Source: an uncultured virus (IMG/VR IMGVR_UViG_3300044825_002550) | Lineage: Duplodnaviria; Heunggongvirae; Uroviricota; Caudoviricetes | IMG/VR virus record: IMGVR_UViG_3300044825_002550 | DNA length: 64,000 bases | Direction: 5' to 3' (one strand) | Shown here: positions 49,941 through 62,200 of the stretch, piece by piece | Numbering within the stretch: the first letter of the stretch is position 1 | How the letters are laid out: the number at the start of each line of letters is the position of its first letter | Translations under genes and position numbers: made by a program | Notes under the pieces: generated by a model | Told to the model about the DNA's origin: nothing | Seen by the model: only the letters and a program-made list of their open reading frames with translations | Database searches by the model: none

Positions 49941-52175
49941 ATGCATCAAACTTTATCTTCTCTTTTCTTTAAATCCCAAGGCTCTTCTAGTTTTTCTGAC
50001 TTAGAATTATCTTATTCTAACCTTAGCTCTGACCCCTCTCTTTATTCCCGCTCTCTTTATATTTCTCCTCTCTCCCCCTCCTTTTCCCCTTTTACTCTTA
50101 CTGCCCCTCTCCATTCTACTCCTATTACCTGTTCCCATCCTGTACTTCTTAGTAGCAAATCAGCTATTAACTCTACTTTAACTATTTCTTCTGTTACTAG
50201 TACCATTACTCCTAGTCAGGAAACTAGACTTATAACATTCCTAAATACTAATCAACCTAAACTAAAGCCTTATATAGGTAACTCTTATACATACCAAATT
50301 GTTTTTCCTTTTGATGGTTCTAATATACTAAAATTCCCTAATGAATCTGTTGTAGTTACTTCGGGTTTTGACTCTAATAACACACCAGTTACTTATACTT
50401 TACCAAACTATAAAACTGGCTGTAAGTGTTCAGTATCAGTAACAGATACTACTAAATCTATATCTTCTATAGCTTGGGGTTTAATACTAGCCGCCGCAAC
50501 TGACTCCGACTCTTTAGTTATCTCTACTCTTAATGGACTTATTAACTCCTTTATAGATAATCAAAGCCTTTCTCAAACTGACGGCGGGGTTGTTATTAAC
50601 TCCTTTTTGACCCCTCTCTCTAATTCTATATACGATAACTCCCTTCTTGGTCTCTCCGTCTGCTTATCACTTCAATATCTAACTTCTAAGTCTAACCTTC
50701 ATCTTGCTATTAATAACTTCTATGAAGATTGTATTCAATTAGCTCGTTTACTCTCTTTTATCTCCTCTCAATATGTTAACCCCGTTAATAACTTTGTTTA
50801 TGGCTCTTTTTCTGATGAGGGTATTAATACCGAAGACCTCTCTTTTATAACCTCTTGCGTTACTTCTCTCTTCTTTAACTCTTTTCTCTCTATTGATTAT
50901 GACTCTATTATCCATTATAAAGCAGCTAAACTCTATCTGGCTATTCTTGAACTTCCAGTTGTACCCGATATCCTTCAATATTCTATCTTTTCTGACTCTT
51001 CTACTTTAAGTACTATCGCCTATAAACTTTGGTGGCACTGCGAATTTGACCTTCCTAGAGCTCCTTTGCTTTTGACTAGCTATAACTCCTCTCGTCTCTC
51101 TACTTTAGAAGGTACTAACTCAACTTATACAGAACTAGATTTCTTAGTCGCTTCTCTTACAAATCTCTATCTTTTTGACTTCAGGCCTACTTGGGTATTT
51201 TGGCTATTTGAACAGTTTAAACTGGATTCTCAACTTAAATCTGTTTCAACCCTTAATATTAACTCCTTAACTCCTATTGTATGCTACTCCTTTAAGTTTA
51301 AACTTATATCTAACTACGTTTTTGATACGGGTGCTACTAGCTGCCGCGCTTATTCCTCTTATATTAAAAATCTCTTTATCCTATCTCTCCCAGAAGGCCC
51401 CTTCTGGTCTTCTCGCACTAACGAAGAAAACTCTTATACTACTATAGGCTCACTTATCCACGCGTATTCATCTGCTTTTTTTTATATTACTTTACACCTC
51501 TTCTTACTAAAACAGCCTTTATTCTCTTCTAGTTCCTACATACTGCGCCGCCTGGCTAGTTTTATCTTAAAACCTTCTGTATACCTAGCAGAACCTCTTA
51601 TAAAAAGTTATATCTCTATCTTGTTAGATGCCACTTTAAACCCTATAGAAAAACTAAACCTATTCTTTAAATCTAACTTCACACGCTATTTTGATACTGT
51701 ACCTAACTATAAAATTCTTTTAGATAGACAAACTAAAACTTATACTACAGATATAACAGTATATAACCATGAATTCCTTACGGGCCCACAATATCAATCT
51801 ATTGTCTTCTACCCTGTATCAAGAGAAATTAACACTCAAGCTTCTAATGCTCTCGCTTTAAGAACTACTCCAGGATTACCTTATTCTTCTCCTAAAACTA
51901 GCCCCGCTCCCGGTACTTCCCCCTCCCCTAATGAATCTAATACTCATATCCTTCCCCTCTCTAACTTAACCGGTTTGGTTAATCTTACAGATAATATACC
52001 CGCTCCTAATAATCTCCACCACATTACTACTCTTGTTGCCCCCGCTGGTGTTATATATAAATACTCTTTTCATTATTTTAATACCGTTGCTACTAACTAC
52101 GTTATCTCCTCTTTCTCTACTACTGTCTCTATAGGCGCTAAAATATCTGTAGGTTCTACTGTTTTTATTGTCTGA
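49941..52175 (+). CDS. Putative baseplate wedge protein (GpI-like termini) with large insertion
   Basis: Follows baseplate J; LPEGPFW and C-terminal LVAPAGVIY motifs. Confidence 0.45.
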   Translation: MHQTLSSLFFKSQGSSSFSDLELSYSNLSSDPSLYSRSLYISPLSPSFSPFTLTAPLHSTPITCSHPVLLSSKSAINSTLTISSVTSTITPSQETRLITFLNTNQPKLKPYIGNSYTYQIVFPFDGSNILKFPNESVVVTSGFDSNNTPVTYTLPNYKTGCKCSVSVTDTTKSISSIAWGLILAAATDSDSLVISTLNGLINSFIDNQSLSQTDGGVVINSFLTPLSNSIYDNSLLGLSVCLSLQYLTSKSNLHLAINNFYEDCIQLARLLSFISSQYVNPVNNFVYGSFSDEGINTEDLSFITSCVTSLFFNSFLSIDYDSIIHYKAAKLYLAILELPVVPDILQYSIFSDSSTLSTIAYKLWWHCEFDLPRAPLLLTSYNSSRLSTLEGTNSTYTELDFLVASLTNLYLFDFRPTWVFWLFEQFKLDSQLKSVSTLNINSLTPIVCYSFKFKLISNYVFDTGATSCRAYSSYIKNLFILSLPEGPFWSSRTNEENSYTTIGSLIHAYSSAFFYITLHLFLLKQPLFSSSSYILRRLASFILKPSVYLAEPLIKSYISILLDATLNPIEKLNLFFKSNFTRYFDTVPNYKILLDRQTKTYTTDITVYNHEFLTGPQYQSIVFYPVSREINTQASNALALRTTPGLPYSSPKTSPAPGTSPSPNESNTHILPLSNLTGLVNLTDNIPAPNNLHHITTLVAPAGVIYKYSFHYFNTVATNYVISSFSTTVSIGAKISVGSTVFIV

Positions 52176-52221
52176 TTTTTTGTCTTATTATTTCTTTCCT
52201 TTATACCTTTACTAATCTTTT

Positions 52222-52611
52222 ATGCTTAATTCTTCTATCTCTTCCTCTATACTTAAGTCTATTGTCTATGGCGGTACTATCTCTAGTAACTCTACCCCCT
52301 CTCTCCCTACTTCTTTTACTCCTGTAACCTCTATACGCTTCTATACCTCTAACCCTTTCCTAAACCCTACTACCGGTACTATCTCCGCTATCTTTACTCC
52401 CGCTATTTCTGTTGATAATCTATATATCTACAATACTAATACTATTCAAGTAAATATTATATCCAATAATACTCTTTACTATGCTGGTCTTTTAGCTGCT
52501 GATACCACTATTCTACTGGCATCTAAACTGTCTACCCCCCTCACTGTTGTCGCTGGGCAACAACTCTCTATTCAACCTAATGAATTTGCTGTCTCTTTTA
52601 TTAACCTTTAA
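52222..52611 (+). CDS. Putative tail fiber/baseplate attachment protein
   Basis: Small beta-rich protein ending L..PLTVVAGQQLSI.PNEFAVS, a pattern seen in phage tail-fiber-associated proteins. Confidence 0.5.
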   Translation: MLNSSISSSILKSIVYGGTISSNSTPSLPTSFTPVTSIRFYTSNPFLNPTTGTISAIFTPAISVDNLYIYNTNTIQVNIISNNTLYYAGLLAADTTILLASKLSTPLTVVAGQQLSIQPNEFAVSFINL

Positions 52612-52652
52612 GAGTACATTTACCTAGTTTTAACAGTTTACTAACTATATTT

Positions 52653-54449
52653 ATGTCTATTAAGAATAAAGGGTTTGACCTTGATGGATTTCTTGATGAT
52701 TTAGCTGATAGTATCCAAGATGAGTTTGGTGCCGCAACTGAAGAGTTTAATATTGTAGACTTTGTAGAGAATCAAATAGATAAAGTTAGCTGGGGCGTTA
52801 AAGAATTAAACCCCCGTCAATGGGTTCTTCTTAAAACTTTTTATAGCCTCCCTTTATCTGACGACGAAATCTCTATACTCGAGGCTTGGTACGCTCTTGA
52901 CCGTACCTCCCTTAACCCTATTTCTAATTACCCCCCTCAACAACCTTTCCAAGCTCTTATTGTTGAAGCTGGTCGTAGAGGTAGTAAAAGCTTTACCGCT
53001 TCTATTATTGTCGCCTTTGAGTTCTGTAGACTCTGTCTTATGAAATCTCCCCAACTCTACTACGGTATTGCTACCTCTACCCCTATTTCTATCTACTGTA
53101 TCGCTACTAGTGCTACTCAAACTAAACGTACTATATTCGCTCAAGCAAAAGCTTTACTTGAGCACATACCTGCTATAAAAAGGTTAGTTGATAGAAAGAA
53201 AGTAATTATAGGCGAAGAAGAAATAAAGTACCCTGATAAGTTGTTATATATATACAGCGGTAACTCAAATTCAGCTTCTCAGGTCGGCTCTTCTGTTATT
53301 TGCTTAGTTATGGATGAAGTGGCTAGATTTGATGACGAAGGTAAAGATAATGATGAAAGCAATGCTCTCCAATTATGGTCAAATATTGGTATCTCTGGTG
53401 TAACTTTTGGTAAAGATGCTAAACGCATCGCTATTAGTTCCGCTTGGTGTGATGGCGATGCTATACAAAAGCTGTACAGTCTTACTAAAGAGTCTCCCGG
53501 TACTTTAGGCTTTAGGTTACGTTCTTGGGATTTAAACCCCGTACACGCCGCTAGAGACAATCCTGTAGTTCAATCTGAATATTTGTTAGACCCTAGAAAA
53601 GCTGCTCTTGAATTTGAAGGTATTCGCTTTAATAAAGCTTACTCTTTCTTTACTGATGATGATATACAAAAAGCTTTTAGAGGCTCTACTTCTATCTCTG
53701 TCTCTAAATTAAAATCTCCTGATTCTATTGTTCGCCTTCAAATTGATGATATTCTACCTACTATTAACGGTAGCGTTATGCACTTAGACCCAGCTTTCGT
53801 TCGTGATAGCTATGCCATCGCATTTGGTCATAGAGAAACTATTAAAGGTGATAGGTTTGCTATTATTGATGGTCTTCTTGTCTGGGAACCTGATGTTAAC
53901 CAACAAGTTGGTATAACTAATATTTATAAATGCATTTATGAAATACATAACCGCCGCCCTCTATCTAAAATAACTTCTGACCACTATAACCCCGAAACCG
54001 TTCAACATCTTAGAAATAATGGCCTAAACGCTTCCGTTATTACTTTCTCTCAAGGTAAACAACTTGAATTGTACGACTTCTTTAGAAAAATGCTTCATGA
54101 GGAGCGTGTTATTCTACCTAATAACTCCCCTTGGTCTTCTAAGCTAAAAGATGAGCTTTTTGGTATACAATTAATAAAGGGTAAAAAGATTGATCATAGG
54201 CGAGACGGTTCTAAAGACATCGCAGATGCTTGTGTAGCCGTAGTGTGGCATCTAATGTCAGACTTTAATTTAACAGCAACTCCTGTTAGTAACTCCGTAA
54301 AACCTACTCAACCTATACCTTTTAAAGATGATTTAGCAGATTTAGGATTCTCTTCAGCTAAAGAGTTAGTAACTCAAGTTAAAAGATCTTATTCTAAATG
54401 GGATTCTAAATATCTTAGCGAACCTTCCTGGCTCTCTGATGATATTTAG
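52653..54449 (+). CDS. terL: Terminase large subunit
   Basis: Walker A AGRRGSKS, Walker B VMDEVARF, coupling motif ISS, and RNase H-like nuclease motifs HLDPA, SDHY and KDIADA. Confidence 0.92.
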   Translation: MSIKNKGFDLDGFLDDLADSIQDEFGAATEEFNIVDFVENQIDKVSWGVKELNPRQWVLLKTFYSLPLSDDEISILEAWYALDRTSLNPISNYPPQQPFQALIVEAGRRGSKSFTASIIVAFEFCRLCLMKSPQLYYGIATSTPISIYCIATSATQTKRTIFAQAKALLEHIPAIKRLVDRKKVIIGEEEIKYPDKLLYIYSGNSNSASQVGSSVICLVMDEVARFDDEGKDNDESNALQLWSNIGISGVTFGKDAKRIAISSAWCDGDAIQKLYSLTKESPGTLGFRLRSWDLNPVHAARDNPVVQSEYLLDPRKAALEFEGIRFNKAYSFFTDDDIQKAFRGSTSISVSKLKSPDSIVRLQIDDILPTINGSVMHLDPAFVRDSYAIAFGHRETIKGDRFAIIDGLLVWEPDVNQQVGITNIYKCIYEIHNRRPLSKITSDHYNPETVQHLRNNGLNASVITFSQGKQLELYDFFRKMLHEERVILPNNSPWSSKLKDELFGIQLIKGKKIDHRRDGSKDIADACVAVVWHLMSDFNLTATPVSNSVKPTQPIPFKDDLADLGFSSAKELVTQVKRSYSKWDSKYLSEPSWLSDDI

Positions 54450-54562
54450 CTCTTTTTAAACTCTGCTTCTTTTAGGCTGTTATTACAGCATAGTGCCTAT
54501 TTTTCTAACTTATTTTGTTCTTGGTTACAGTGTTTTTAGCTCTATAGTTACTGTTCTTTATT

Positions 54563-55426
54563 ATGTTAACAAAACACCAGATTGATAGGTTTAACTCCTG
54601 CCATAGCCTACATTTCTCTCTCTCCCCTATTACCCTTTTTATGGGGCATAACAACACAGGTAAATCATCTATCCTTAGACATATTTATTATAAACGTAAC
54701 GCAGAACATGTTCTTTATCTTAACTCCCGCCGCGCTATTATTCCTAACTATTACTACCTTAAAGACCCTATCACTTTCTTAGCCGGCATTAATGGTCAGT
54801 ATATCTATCCTTTCTTTATAGCTCTTAAAAAAAGTGTCCCTAACTTTGAAGCTACTCTCTCTAAAACTCTCTCTGATCTTAATCTTGTTCAATCTATATC
54901 GTTAAAACAATCTACTACTAAACCTAATAAGTATAAGATTATTGCTAAAACGTTTGATGGCTTTAAAGTTGAGGTTAATAAACTTGGTACTTCTGTTAAC
55001 TCCATTCTACAATTACTAATCTTATTAGAATTTGTTAGTAACGATACTACTTTGGCTCTTGATAACCCTGATGCTGGCTTAGACCCTCAATTACAAGTAG
55101 CTCTAGCTGATATATTAATAGATTACTATAAAACTAAAAACTTACAGTTTTTAGTGGAAACTAACAGCATTAACTTTCTTAGAAGATTTCAACGAAGGAT
55201 AGCAGAAGGCTCCTACTATAACACTAAGTTTAAAGTATATAACGTTTACTTAGACAATAATTACAAAACTAAGCTAACTACAGCACTTGTAGATGAGGAA
55301 GGAAATATAAGTAACTGGGACGATATACTAGGAGATTCCTCTACAGCAATAGAGATAGAAGATTTAGATGCTATACTCCAAGCTAATATTCTAAAACAAT
55401 TAGAAAGTACTAAAAAGCCAGAGTAG
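54563..55426 (+). CDS. ABC-type AAA ATPase (AAA_15/AAA_21, DUF3696-like) with degenerate catalytic motifs
   Basis: Walker A GHNNTGKSS; LDNPDAGLDPQLQ; VETNS; RRIAEG; VDEEGNISNW. Confidence 0.75.
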   Translation: MLTKHQIDRFNSCHSLHFSLSPITLFMGHNNTGKSSILRHIYYKRNAEHVLYLNSRRAIIPNYYYLKDPITFLAGINGQYIYPFFIALKKSVPNFEATLSKTLSDLNLVQSISLKQSTTKPNKYKIIAKTFDGFKVEVNKLGTSVNSILQLLILLEFVSNDTTLALDNPDAGLDPQLQVALADILIDYYKTKNLQFLVETNSINFLRRFQRRIAEGSYYNTKFKVYNVYLDNNYKTKLTTALVDEEGNISNWDDILGDSSTAIEIEDLDAILQANILKQLESTKKPE

Positions 55427-55456
55427 TAACTAAACATTTTTTATCTTGTGTGTTTT

Positions 55457-55480
55457 AAAGGTAGCCGCGCGGCTACCTTT
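55457..55480. terminator. 24-bp perfect palindrome followed by T run
   Basis: AAAGGTAGCCGC|GCGGCTACCTTT; shares the 16-bp core GTAGCCGCGCGGCTAC with 27157-27184. Confidence 0.7.
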
Positions 55481-55612
55481 TTAATTTCTCTTACTTTTTC
55501 CTATACGTTAGTTTAGCTATTACTTTCTAGCCCCTCTCCTCCCTCTCTCCTTCCATCTCTTTTAACCTCTAATACTATCTTTTCTTCTACCCTCTAATAC
55601 TTTCTTCCCTCT

Positions 55613-56179
55613 ATGTCTAATACTAATCTTTTTTATAATCCTGTCCTACCTTTAACTTATAGCCCTATTGCTTTAGAACTAGTCTCTGCTTATAAACTTA
55701 ACGAGGTAACCCCGACTATTGACTTTACTAAGTATTCTCTTTATATCCAACCACCTCGTTCTTCTCGCCCTTCTATTCAACACTACCTCCCTCAACCTTT
55801 TCGCATTCAATTCCCTTCAAACGGTATTCTTAAACTAGAACTTGTCCCCTCTGATATTTACCTTCCTATTGGGCGCTACCATGTCTCTTACTATAAAGAA
55901 GATGTCTCTAAACCACTTGATAAACAAGTTTGGATTGTTCGTAGCCGCCCTCTTATCTCTTCCTATTCTTTCTTGCTTAATACTAACCCCTACTCCCTTC
56001 CCCTCACTTTCTGGGACGTTCTCTCAGTTAACTCCTCTTCCTCTTTCTCTTATGAGAATAATATGCTTAATGTCTTCTCTGACAACCTTCTTAATACTAT
56101 CATCAATATCACATTTCAACCAGCTCTAACTGTCGACCAGTTGGTTGAATATAACATAAATACACTACCAAATAATTAA
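55613..56179 (+). CDS. Hypothetical protein
   Basis: 188-aa ORF upstream of the second giant gene. Confidence 0.6.
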   Translation: MSNTNLFYNPVLPLTYSPIALELVSAYKLNEVTPTIDFTKYSLYIQPPRSSRPSIQHYLPQPFRIQFPSNGILKLELVPSDIYLPIGRYHVSYYKEDVSKPLDKQVWIVRSRPLISSYSFLLNTNPYSLPLTFWDVLSVNSSSSFSYENNMLNVFSDNLLNTIINITFQPALTVDQLVEYNINTLPNN

Positions 56180-56235
56180 CTATCTCTCTTGTTATTCTTA
56201 CGTTAAAATACACAATATAAAAAGGTCTTAAAGGT

Positions 56236-59200
56236 ATGGAGTTAGAGTCTTTAGAACAGAATAGAAGGTCTTCATTTAGTTTAGCTGATACAGCTCAAAC
56301 ACTTTACCCTTCTATTAGTAATCCTTCTTCTTTAAGTTCTTTCTCCTCTTTTACCTCTAATAACCCTCAACTTTCTCTTTTTAATAATTCCTCTATATTA
56401 CTAGCTTCAAATACCTCTTTAGCTTCTACTTCTACTAATACTACACCTAAACCTTTCGGCACTCTCTTAGATAAAAAACATACATTTTATAATTCACGGG
56501 ACATAGGTAAAGGCTTAATGGGATTTTTAGAAGAGTCTAAACCTAATAGTTTAAAAGGTGCTTTTTACGAACTATCCTCAAACCCACAGTTTCTTAAAGT
56601 CTTTTCTGAAAAAGCTAAAGACGATGGAATTGTTGTTTCTATGGGACCCGGTAATGTCTCTTTAACCGAGAGTATGGTAGAAAGTTCATCTATAGCACTA
56701 AACTCTATTCTGAGTCTTAAAATTATAGGTGCTTTTAATTCCGGCGTAGGAGAAATAATAAACTATGCATCTGAAAAACTTACCGGTAACCCTATATATA
56801 AAACCTCTGAAGAGCAGAAACAAAGTACAGAAAGCGTCAACACCGCTCGATTTGTTAATTCTTTGCAATATGGTTTATTAGGATACTTAGCAGAACCTGT
56901 TGTTTCTAATTCTATAAACCTTTTCTCTACTACCCCTAAGTCAGGTTCTTTTAAACCAGGTAGTTTTGGTAGAAAGGCTTTAGTCTCTCTCTTTGTTGGT
57001 AGTCTTGGCTATGTGTTTTCTCCTACTACTATAGACTCTACACATCTTTCTGAGCTAAATACAGCTCGTATGCGCTTTATACCTAATTCAGCTTTAAAAG
57101 CTTATGGTTTAACTGTTGGCACGGATTCTGATACTCCACAACCTTCAAGAGGCAATTGGTTTCATCACGCAGTTGCTATGTTCTCTAGAACTTTTCTTTT
57201 AGGTGGTGTTGATGTTACTAATAAAACTATACCTTATGCTGTAGAATATAGTAAGAACTCTTCTAACCAAAATCAGGTTAGTAATTATATTGTTCACTCT
57301 AAATTCTTTGTAGAAGAAGAAGGTCGCTCAGACCGTTATTTTGTGTCCACAGGTAATCTTAATACTTTAGTTGAAGTCTATAATACCCCGGCCGATAAAC
57401 GACATAAACAAATTAACTATGCTATCTCCGGTAATGACCCCCAAATCGCAAAAGACCTTAGAGAGGTAGCTACTTTTTTAGCTACCGCACAACCTTCTGA
57501 TACCTTTTTACCTTTACAGGAAAAACTTACTTCTAAGAAAGTAAGTATTGGAGGTATGGGCAGTAATTCTACACAAGAAATTATTAACTTGATACAGGAA
57601 TCTAAAGGCGAAATATACGGGGTTATGCCCTATGCAACGGACTCAGACATAGCTAACGCTTTTGTTACAGCTCAAAAACAGGGTAAAAAAGTCTCTATTT
57701 TTATTAAAAACCCCCTCGGTGTAGATGGCCAACAACAAAGCTCTAACTTTGCTAGAATTTTACTAGAAGGTGGTGTTGATGTACTAATAGTTCCAGAAAA
57801 TTCTAAGGCTTTTCCCCACGCTAAAGTTATTGCTTCTAAAGATACTCTTCACCTTGGTAGTCATAACTTCAGTAAAAACTCATCACGACATGTTGCTGAA
57901 GTTAGTTTACAGTTTAGATCTTCAGGTATTGGTATACCCGTTATAGATGCTATAAAACAGGATATAAAGGACGACAAGGCAATCACCCTAAATAAAACTA
58001 AACTAGAAACTTTAATTAACCAAGCCGCATTAAATAAAGATTACTCAGCGCTTCGCTTATACAAAGCTATGTATCCAGAGGGGGATATAAAAGAAGCTCA
58101 AACAAGAATATCGACAAAGAATGATTTAGTTCAGTTTCTTATGCCAGATATGTTGTCTATTGGTGGCGTATTAAATAATAAGCTTAACTCCAGCGCTGTC
58201 TTTCTTCCTACTTCTATTCCTACTGAGTACTACTCTCGTCATGGGTTTAACCTTAATAATACGCCTGATATCTACCAACATCTAAGGTACGGGTTGGATA
58301 AACAATCTTCATTGGAAAAATTCTCAGCTTTCTATGCTGATTTTGCTTTACAACACCCTTTTTCTATTGGTCTTGGTGCTTATATTAATGCTGGATTTCC
58401 TAACCTCTATAAACCTAATGATGGTTTATTCTCTACTATTAGCAAAGGCGTAGGCCGATTCTTAGATACTCTAACTGGTCATTATACTAACATGTATTAC
58501 AAAGACCTAAGAGCTGGTCTAGTTTATGGTAATATGAAAGACTTTCATAAAGCTGCTTATCGTAAAGATGACAGGCGCGGTTTCTTTGAAAGTACTTTAT
58601 ATACTTTTAGCTCTGCTATGTCTAGCACTGCTTATTCCCTTGCTTTTTACTTTGGGATAACTCATAGTATCGCTATTGCCCGCGCTAAATTTGAAGATAT
58701 AGGTACTGATTATATATCTCAACTTGACTTTCAAAAAACTCCTAAGTTTATACAAAAAGTATACTTTGATGATACTACTATAAGTCGCTTGAATGTAATA
58801 AATGATGTAACTCAGGCCTTAAAAACCTCTCCTAATCCTGCACAATTAGGTAAAGTCCTAGATGAGTACTATAACTATATTATTAATGAAGCAGCTTCGA
58901 CGCCCCTTTCTTTAGACTCTGAAATTAAATCTCAGTTTGATACATTCAAAGTATCAAGTGACATTATAGATAAAGATATTAATCTAGTAAGAAATGCAAT
59001 ATCTACCGGCTCCTTAGACCCCTCTGATTTAAACTCCATTGCTACTTTTAAAAAATCAACTTTTGGGGTGGATAGCACTCAAATTACTTTTAATACCTTG
59101 AGTAATCGCCCCGCCCTTTTTAATACTGTTAGCTTTCTAAGAAATATTGATAGCTCCCATTTTACTAACATCATTGAACCTATTATACGAGATATAGCTG

Positions 59201-62200
59201 TATACGAAGACGTTGACAAAACCCTGTTTGAAAATACTTTAAGTAAATTAAAACAAAATATATCTGGGGGTATCAGTTTAATCTTTAAAAGCAACGACAT
59301 CTATAATGACATTCTTAATGTACATAACTTTGGTTATAAACGTCTGGAAGAAATAGCCAGTCAACTAGACACGTTAGCCAGTTTTATCCCTGCTAATCCT
59401 TTTCTATACTACAAACCTTATAGACAAGCTCGGGGTGTAACTACCCTTAAACAACAAAATATTACCCCAAGCGGCCAGATTATTCAAGATAGTATATCCC
59501 TTAAAAGCCTAATCGGTCCCGGCTTCTCTGGCTTGACTTCCTTTACTAATCAAGTTCTACAACAAGTAAAAGAAGTTAAATTAGATAAGTTTATATCAGA
59601 AAGCTATAATGCTTTTACCCTACAGAACAAACTTATTAAAAATGAAGTCAAAATCGCTAGGAGAATAGATAAACTCTTAAGAAATGTAGACCCAGGTCTA
59701 TTACAAGATTTAACTGACTTAAGTAAGGGAACTTTATCAAGTCCTCTAAAAGACCTTTCAGATAATCTAAAAAATCAGCTAGGAGCAGATATTGCGGACT
59801 TGCTAGATGACCCAAAATTACAAAGCTTAGTTGACCAATACCTTATAGATTATGAGAAGTTTTCGACAACAACAAAGTTTTATAGTAATGACTCTATAGA
59901 TAAAATTAAAGATAATAGCAATAAAGGTTTAAATAAGACTTTACGTTCTGTACTTTTTTCGGCTGGTCCTATTCTTATCTTAGATAAGTTGTTAGACCCT
60001 CATGTAATGCAAAACAGCGGCGATTTAATATCTCAAATCTTTGCTGATTTTAACCTCACCCGCACTAAGGACGAAAACCGTGTAAGCCAAATAGAGTTTA
60101 CTGGCGGTATACCTTTCTACTTGAAATACCCTATCATTCTATCTGGTTTTATTACCGGCGGCTACGCTTTACCTTCTCGTAAATCTACTTATAGCGCTGT
60201 CTCTCGATTAAACGCTACTTTACAAGCACGTTACCAAAATGTTGACCTCTCTACTTTAGGTGTTACAGACTCTCTATTAAGAACTGCAGAAAAAGAACTA
60301 CGTGCCGCTGCTTCTGCTGCTTCTTCTTCAACTCCAGATCTTGATAGTAACATAGCTAAATATTTATTTAGCGACCGAGGAGATAGACTAAGGTTAAAGT
60401 TCGGCTATATGGGCGCTTTTTTAGGAGGCTCCGCAGCACTTATCGCTACACAAACAGTATTTAATCTCACTGCAGCTACTCTAAACTTTATAAAATCCGT
60501 TGATAGAGGAGAAGGCCAAAAGCCTAGTTCTGAAGAGATGGCAGCAGGCCTAAAAGTTATGAGCATTATTAAAAGGTCTTTAACTACACAAAAAACCTCA
60601 AATAAAGCTACTGTTGATGAAATTGCTTCAAGGGAAGTCTTGCGTTTAGGAGCTCTTAACCTGACTTACGGAAGGGATAAACGCCCATCTTATATCTATA
60701 CCTTCTCTAGTCAAATCCCAACACCGTTATTTCAAGCTACTTTAGTTAGTAAATTTGATAAACAAGGTAGTGCTCTTACTTATGGCTTGGGTTTTCAGTT
60801 TGTTCCTATTCTCGGTTCAGGCTCTATTCCTACTGCTCCTTTTAGTATTAGTGTAAGACCTTTACGCAATACTGTAGAGGCTAAACGGGAACTATATAAA
60901 AAGTCTCTCTTATCCTTAGCTTCACCTTCATCTACCTCTGTTGACCAACTTAAACAGCAGTATGAACAACAAATGCAAATTGCTGGGTTTTTCTCTTTGT
61001 TGTCTTTTCCTGGACAATTTTTATCTGTTGATAAAGATACTACTTTAGGTTCTGCTATAAACTTTTTAGGTGCTACTTCTTATATTTCTACTCTTGCTTC
61101 TAAACTACCTAAATCTATAAGCTCCTCAGACAGAACTTTTAGATATCTTACTGCTTTTTCTTTTGACACTATCCGTAATCTTGTAGGCTATAGCCAATCT
61201 TTAACGGTAGCCCTGCCCAATGCTTTTCTTAAAGCTGGCACTTCTTTATTAGGCGACTCTTATATAAAAGCTATTGGCCCTAAAGCACGTAAATTTTCTC
61301 CTTTTATCCTTTCTTATATGTATGCTTCCGGTATTACTGCACCTGAAGGTTCTTTTTCTAACGTAGGTTCCCAATTTATAAACCCTGTAGTTAGCGAGAT
61401 ACACAGATTTTTTACAGCAGTAGCCCCAATAACATTAATTTACGGTTTTGGTTTACACCACGCTAAAGTCTTTAGCCGCGCTCAAGATATTAACCCCTCT
61501 GATACAGCTACTGATTTTATATCTACCAAACAAAAAGAAATTAAAAAGATCTATGAGCAAGCTACAAAGTCTCTTGACCCTTCTTTACTTAAAAACTACG
61601 AGCTACCTCTAATAAGAACAGCTAATTTACGCCTTAATATTGCTGCTCGCCGTATTTTCTCTATTAGTGCTATACTCGGCGCGGTTGGTCTTTTGGTAAA
61701 CTCTACTAACTCACAAAATTTTAGATTTGGATTCCTTGATATTATTTCTGATTCTCAAATTAAACAGCTTAGCCCTACAGAACGCATTCTACAATCTAAC
61801 TATTCTTCTGCGCGCTATAACCCCTCCTCTTCTAGCGAAGCTTTTTCTTCTTACGCTGATTACCTTACCCGCTCTCTTCTAGGTATCTTTGGTGTACAAA
61901 ACCTGTTTTATAGAGATGACCCTAACGCTTTCCTTTCTCTTGCAGGTCCTTTTGGTATTAGTGAAACTCAACCAAATAAACTTCGCGGCTATACTCAGGC
62001 TCAAAGCTCTTCTGCTGATATCAGTGGCTCTAAGGTTACTCTTGCCGCTCAACTTGCTAGCTCCGATTTCTCTATGCAACTTAAAGCTATGCTATCAGAA
62101 GCTAGCTCTAAAGACGAAACTACTACACAACTCTTTCACCGTCTTTTTGCTTATCCTAGAAAAGAGCCCGCTAAACTTAGCCGTTATATCTCTCAAAGTG

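Noticed and set aside
25742..54449. Extracellular contractile injection system, T6SS or tailocin
   Set aside because: Portal, protease, capsid and terminase genes indicate a genuine phage.
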